A stretch of DNA of 64,000 bases from Gemmatimonadaceae bacterium. Its GTDB lineage: Bacteria > Gemmatimonadota > Gemmatimonadetes > Gemmatimonadales > Gemmatimonadaceae. Under the pieces are notes generated by a model. The model ran no database searches. It was not told the DNA's origin and was given only the letters and a program-made list of their open reading frames with translations. This document shows positions 62,814-64,000 of the stretch, piece by piece. A program made the translations under genes and the position numbers. Within the stretch, counting starts at the first letter, position 1; every line of letters begins with the position of its first letter. The stretch lies in assembly GCA_044224875.1 (NCBI GenBank), contig JBGAJQ010000005.1, positions 78,317 to 142,316 of the forward strand, in the 5' to 3' direction.

Positions 62814-63206
62814 CCTTTACGGCACGACAGCGAACGACGCACTTCAGGGCGAAGACGTCGGTCCGGGGACGAGCCGCTGCGCACGCTGAATTGCGTCGCC
62901 GCGCTCCTTGTCTTCGGATGCCAAACACGTGAAGAGCCGACGCCGAATTCTGGTTCGCCAGGGCCAGCGATACCGCTTCTAGTCGCGCGTTGTTGTTCAA
63001 GAATGCGGAGGGAACACGAACTGGCGAATCGTCGATGCGTCCGACTCTACCGCCTAACGTGAAAGGGGCTGGAATAGCTGATGCGACAGGCCATGAATGT
63101 CGGCACCGGAATCGGCTTGACATGGGCGGCTCGCGAGCTAAGCTCGATCTTACTGACCGCTTGCGCTCTTTCAGCGCCCAAGCCCTACCGACATCAGGAG
63201 CTCACG

Positions 63207-64000
63207 GTGCCCGACTCGCCAGTGAATGCGCGCGGACGGAGTGAATCCCAGGAACGTGCGCACGACGCGATTGTTCGTCGCGACCCGCTGAACCTCTCGA
63301 ACGGCGACGCTGCCCAAGCGCACGACGAAGCATCGACCGACGGACACCTCCCTAGCCAGGGCCAGACGGCCGCAACGGTTGACATCAGCCGTCGCGACTT
63401 CATGGCGTTAACCGGGCAGGCCGGGTGGGCCCTGTCACTGGTTGGCAGCCCCCTCCGGTCGCTCGCCGACACGGCGCCCGGCGCGGTTCCGCGCGTGGCG
63501 AGAACCGGTCTGGGAGACGTGGTGACGCCCGGAGACGCCATAGCCTATCCACACGTGGCGGCCGATAGCGTGATTGCCGGGCTGAAGTGGCGTATGCTGG
63601 GACCCTTTCGCGGCGGGCGGGTGGCCGCCGCCACTGGCGTTCCTGGGCGACCTAACGAGTTCTACTTCGGTGCGGTCAACGGCGGTGTGTGGAAATCGAT
63701 CGATGCCGGCCGCGTCTGGAAGCCTATCTTCGACGCCCAGCCGGTGGCGTCCATCGGCGCCATCGCCGTGGCGCCATCGGCACCGGACGTCGTCTACGTG
63801 GGAACGGGCGAATCCACCCTGCGCGACTCGGTCGGCTACGGTGCCGGCGTGTACAAGTCCACGGATGCTGGAAAGACGTGGGCCTACATCGGACTGAAGG
63901 ACACCCAGCACATCGGCAAGATCGCGGTCGATCCCCACAACCCCAACGTCCTGTTCGTCGCCGCCATCGGACACCTCTACGCACCTAACGCGGACCGAGG
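63207..64000 (+). CDS. Tat-exported BNR/Asp-box (VPS10/sortilin-like) glycosyl hydrolase family protein; 3' truncated
   Basis: Absent from the ORF track. GTG 63207 after AGGAG; SRRDFM Tat motif; LKWRMLGPFRGGR, GGVWKSIDAGRVW, VYVGTGE, YKSTDAGKTW. Confidence 0.85.
   Translation, partial: MPDSPVNARGRSESQERAHDAIVRRDPLNLSNGDAAQAHDEASTDGHLPSQGQTAATVDISRRDFMALTGQAGWALSLVGSPLRSLADTAPGAVPRVARTGLGDVVTPGDAIAYPHVAADSVIAGLKWRMLGPFRGGRVAAATGVPGRPNEFYFGAVNGGVWKSIDAGRVWKPIFDAQPVASIGAIAVAPSAPDVVYVGTGESTLRDSVGYGAGVYKSTDAGKTWAYIGLKDTQHIGKIAVDPHNPNVLFVAAIGHLYAPNADR

Noticed and set aside
62877..63062. Lipobox-like stretch LRTLNCVAALLVFGC in the spacer after LamG paralog 2
   Set aside because: No in-frame start codon upstream and no recognisable downstream domain; at most a remnant.

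Overview
GC-rich (about 65% by eye) bacterial chromosomal window. Its gene repertoire is typical of Gemmatimonadota/Acidobacteriota-like organisms (taxonomy inferred): PadR + ADOP permease, Ser/Thr kinase-coupled ECF sigma, SARP-TolB-TPR regulator, SusC-like and Oar-like TonB receptors and many lipoproteins. About 45 CDSs are supported, two of them truncated at the window edges. I saw no rRNA, tRNA, CRISPR array, integrase or transposase. Most notable observations: (1) the non-palindromic heptamer CGTTAGG/CCTAACG occurs at least 32 times against about 7-8 expected, in several reading frames and via rare codons; (2) a signal-peptide TPR-CHAT protease / anti-sigma / ECF sigma module lies next to two duplicated LamG-PKD lipoproteins that share an ECF-like promoter; (3) a 1180-aa secreted protein has LGFP-like repeats, a TENH/EYN helical core and a hydrophobic hairpin; (4) an EXORDIUM/Phi-1-like lipoprotein has lost its HExxE motif; (5) a TIR/NDT-like protein faces a nucleotidyltransferase plus an unannotated 52-aa partner; (6) there is a triplicated RCSTNR lipoprotein family. 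All family calls come from reading motifs by eye; no database searches were run.
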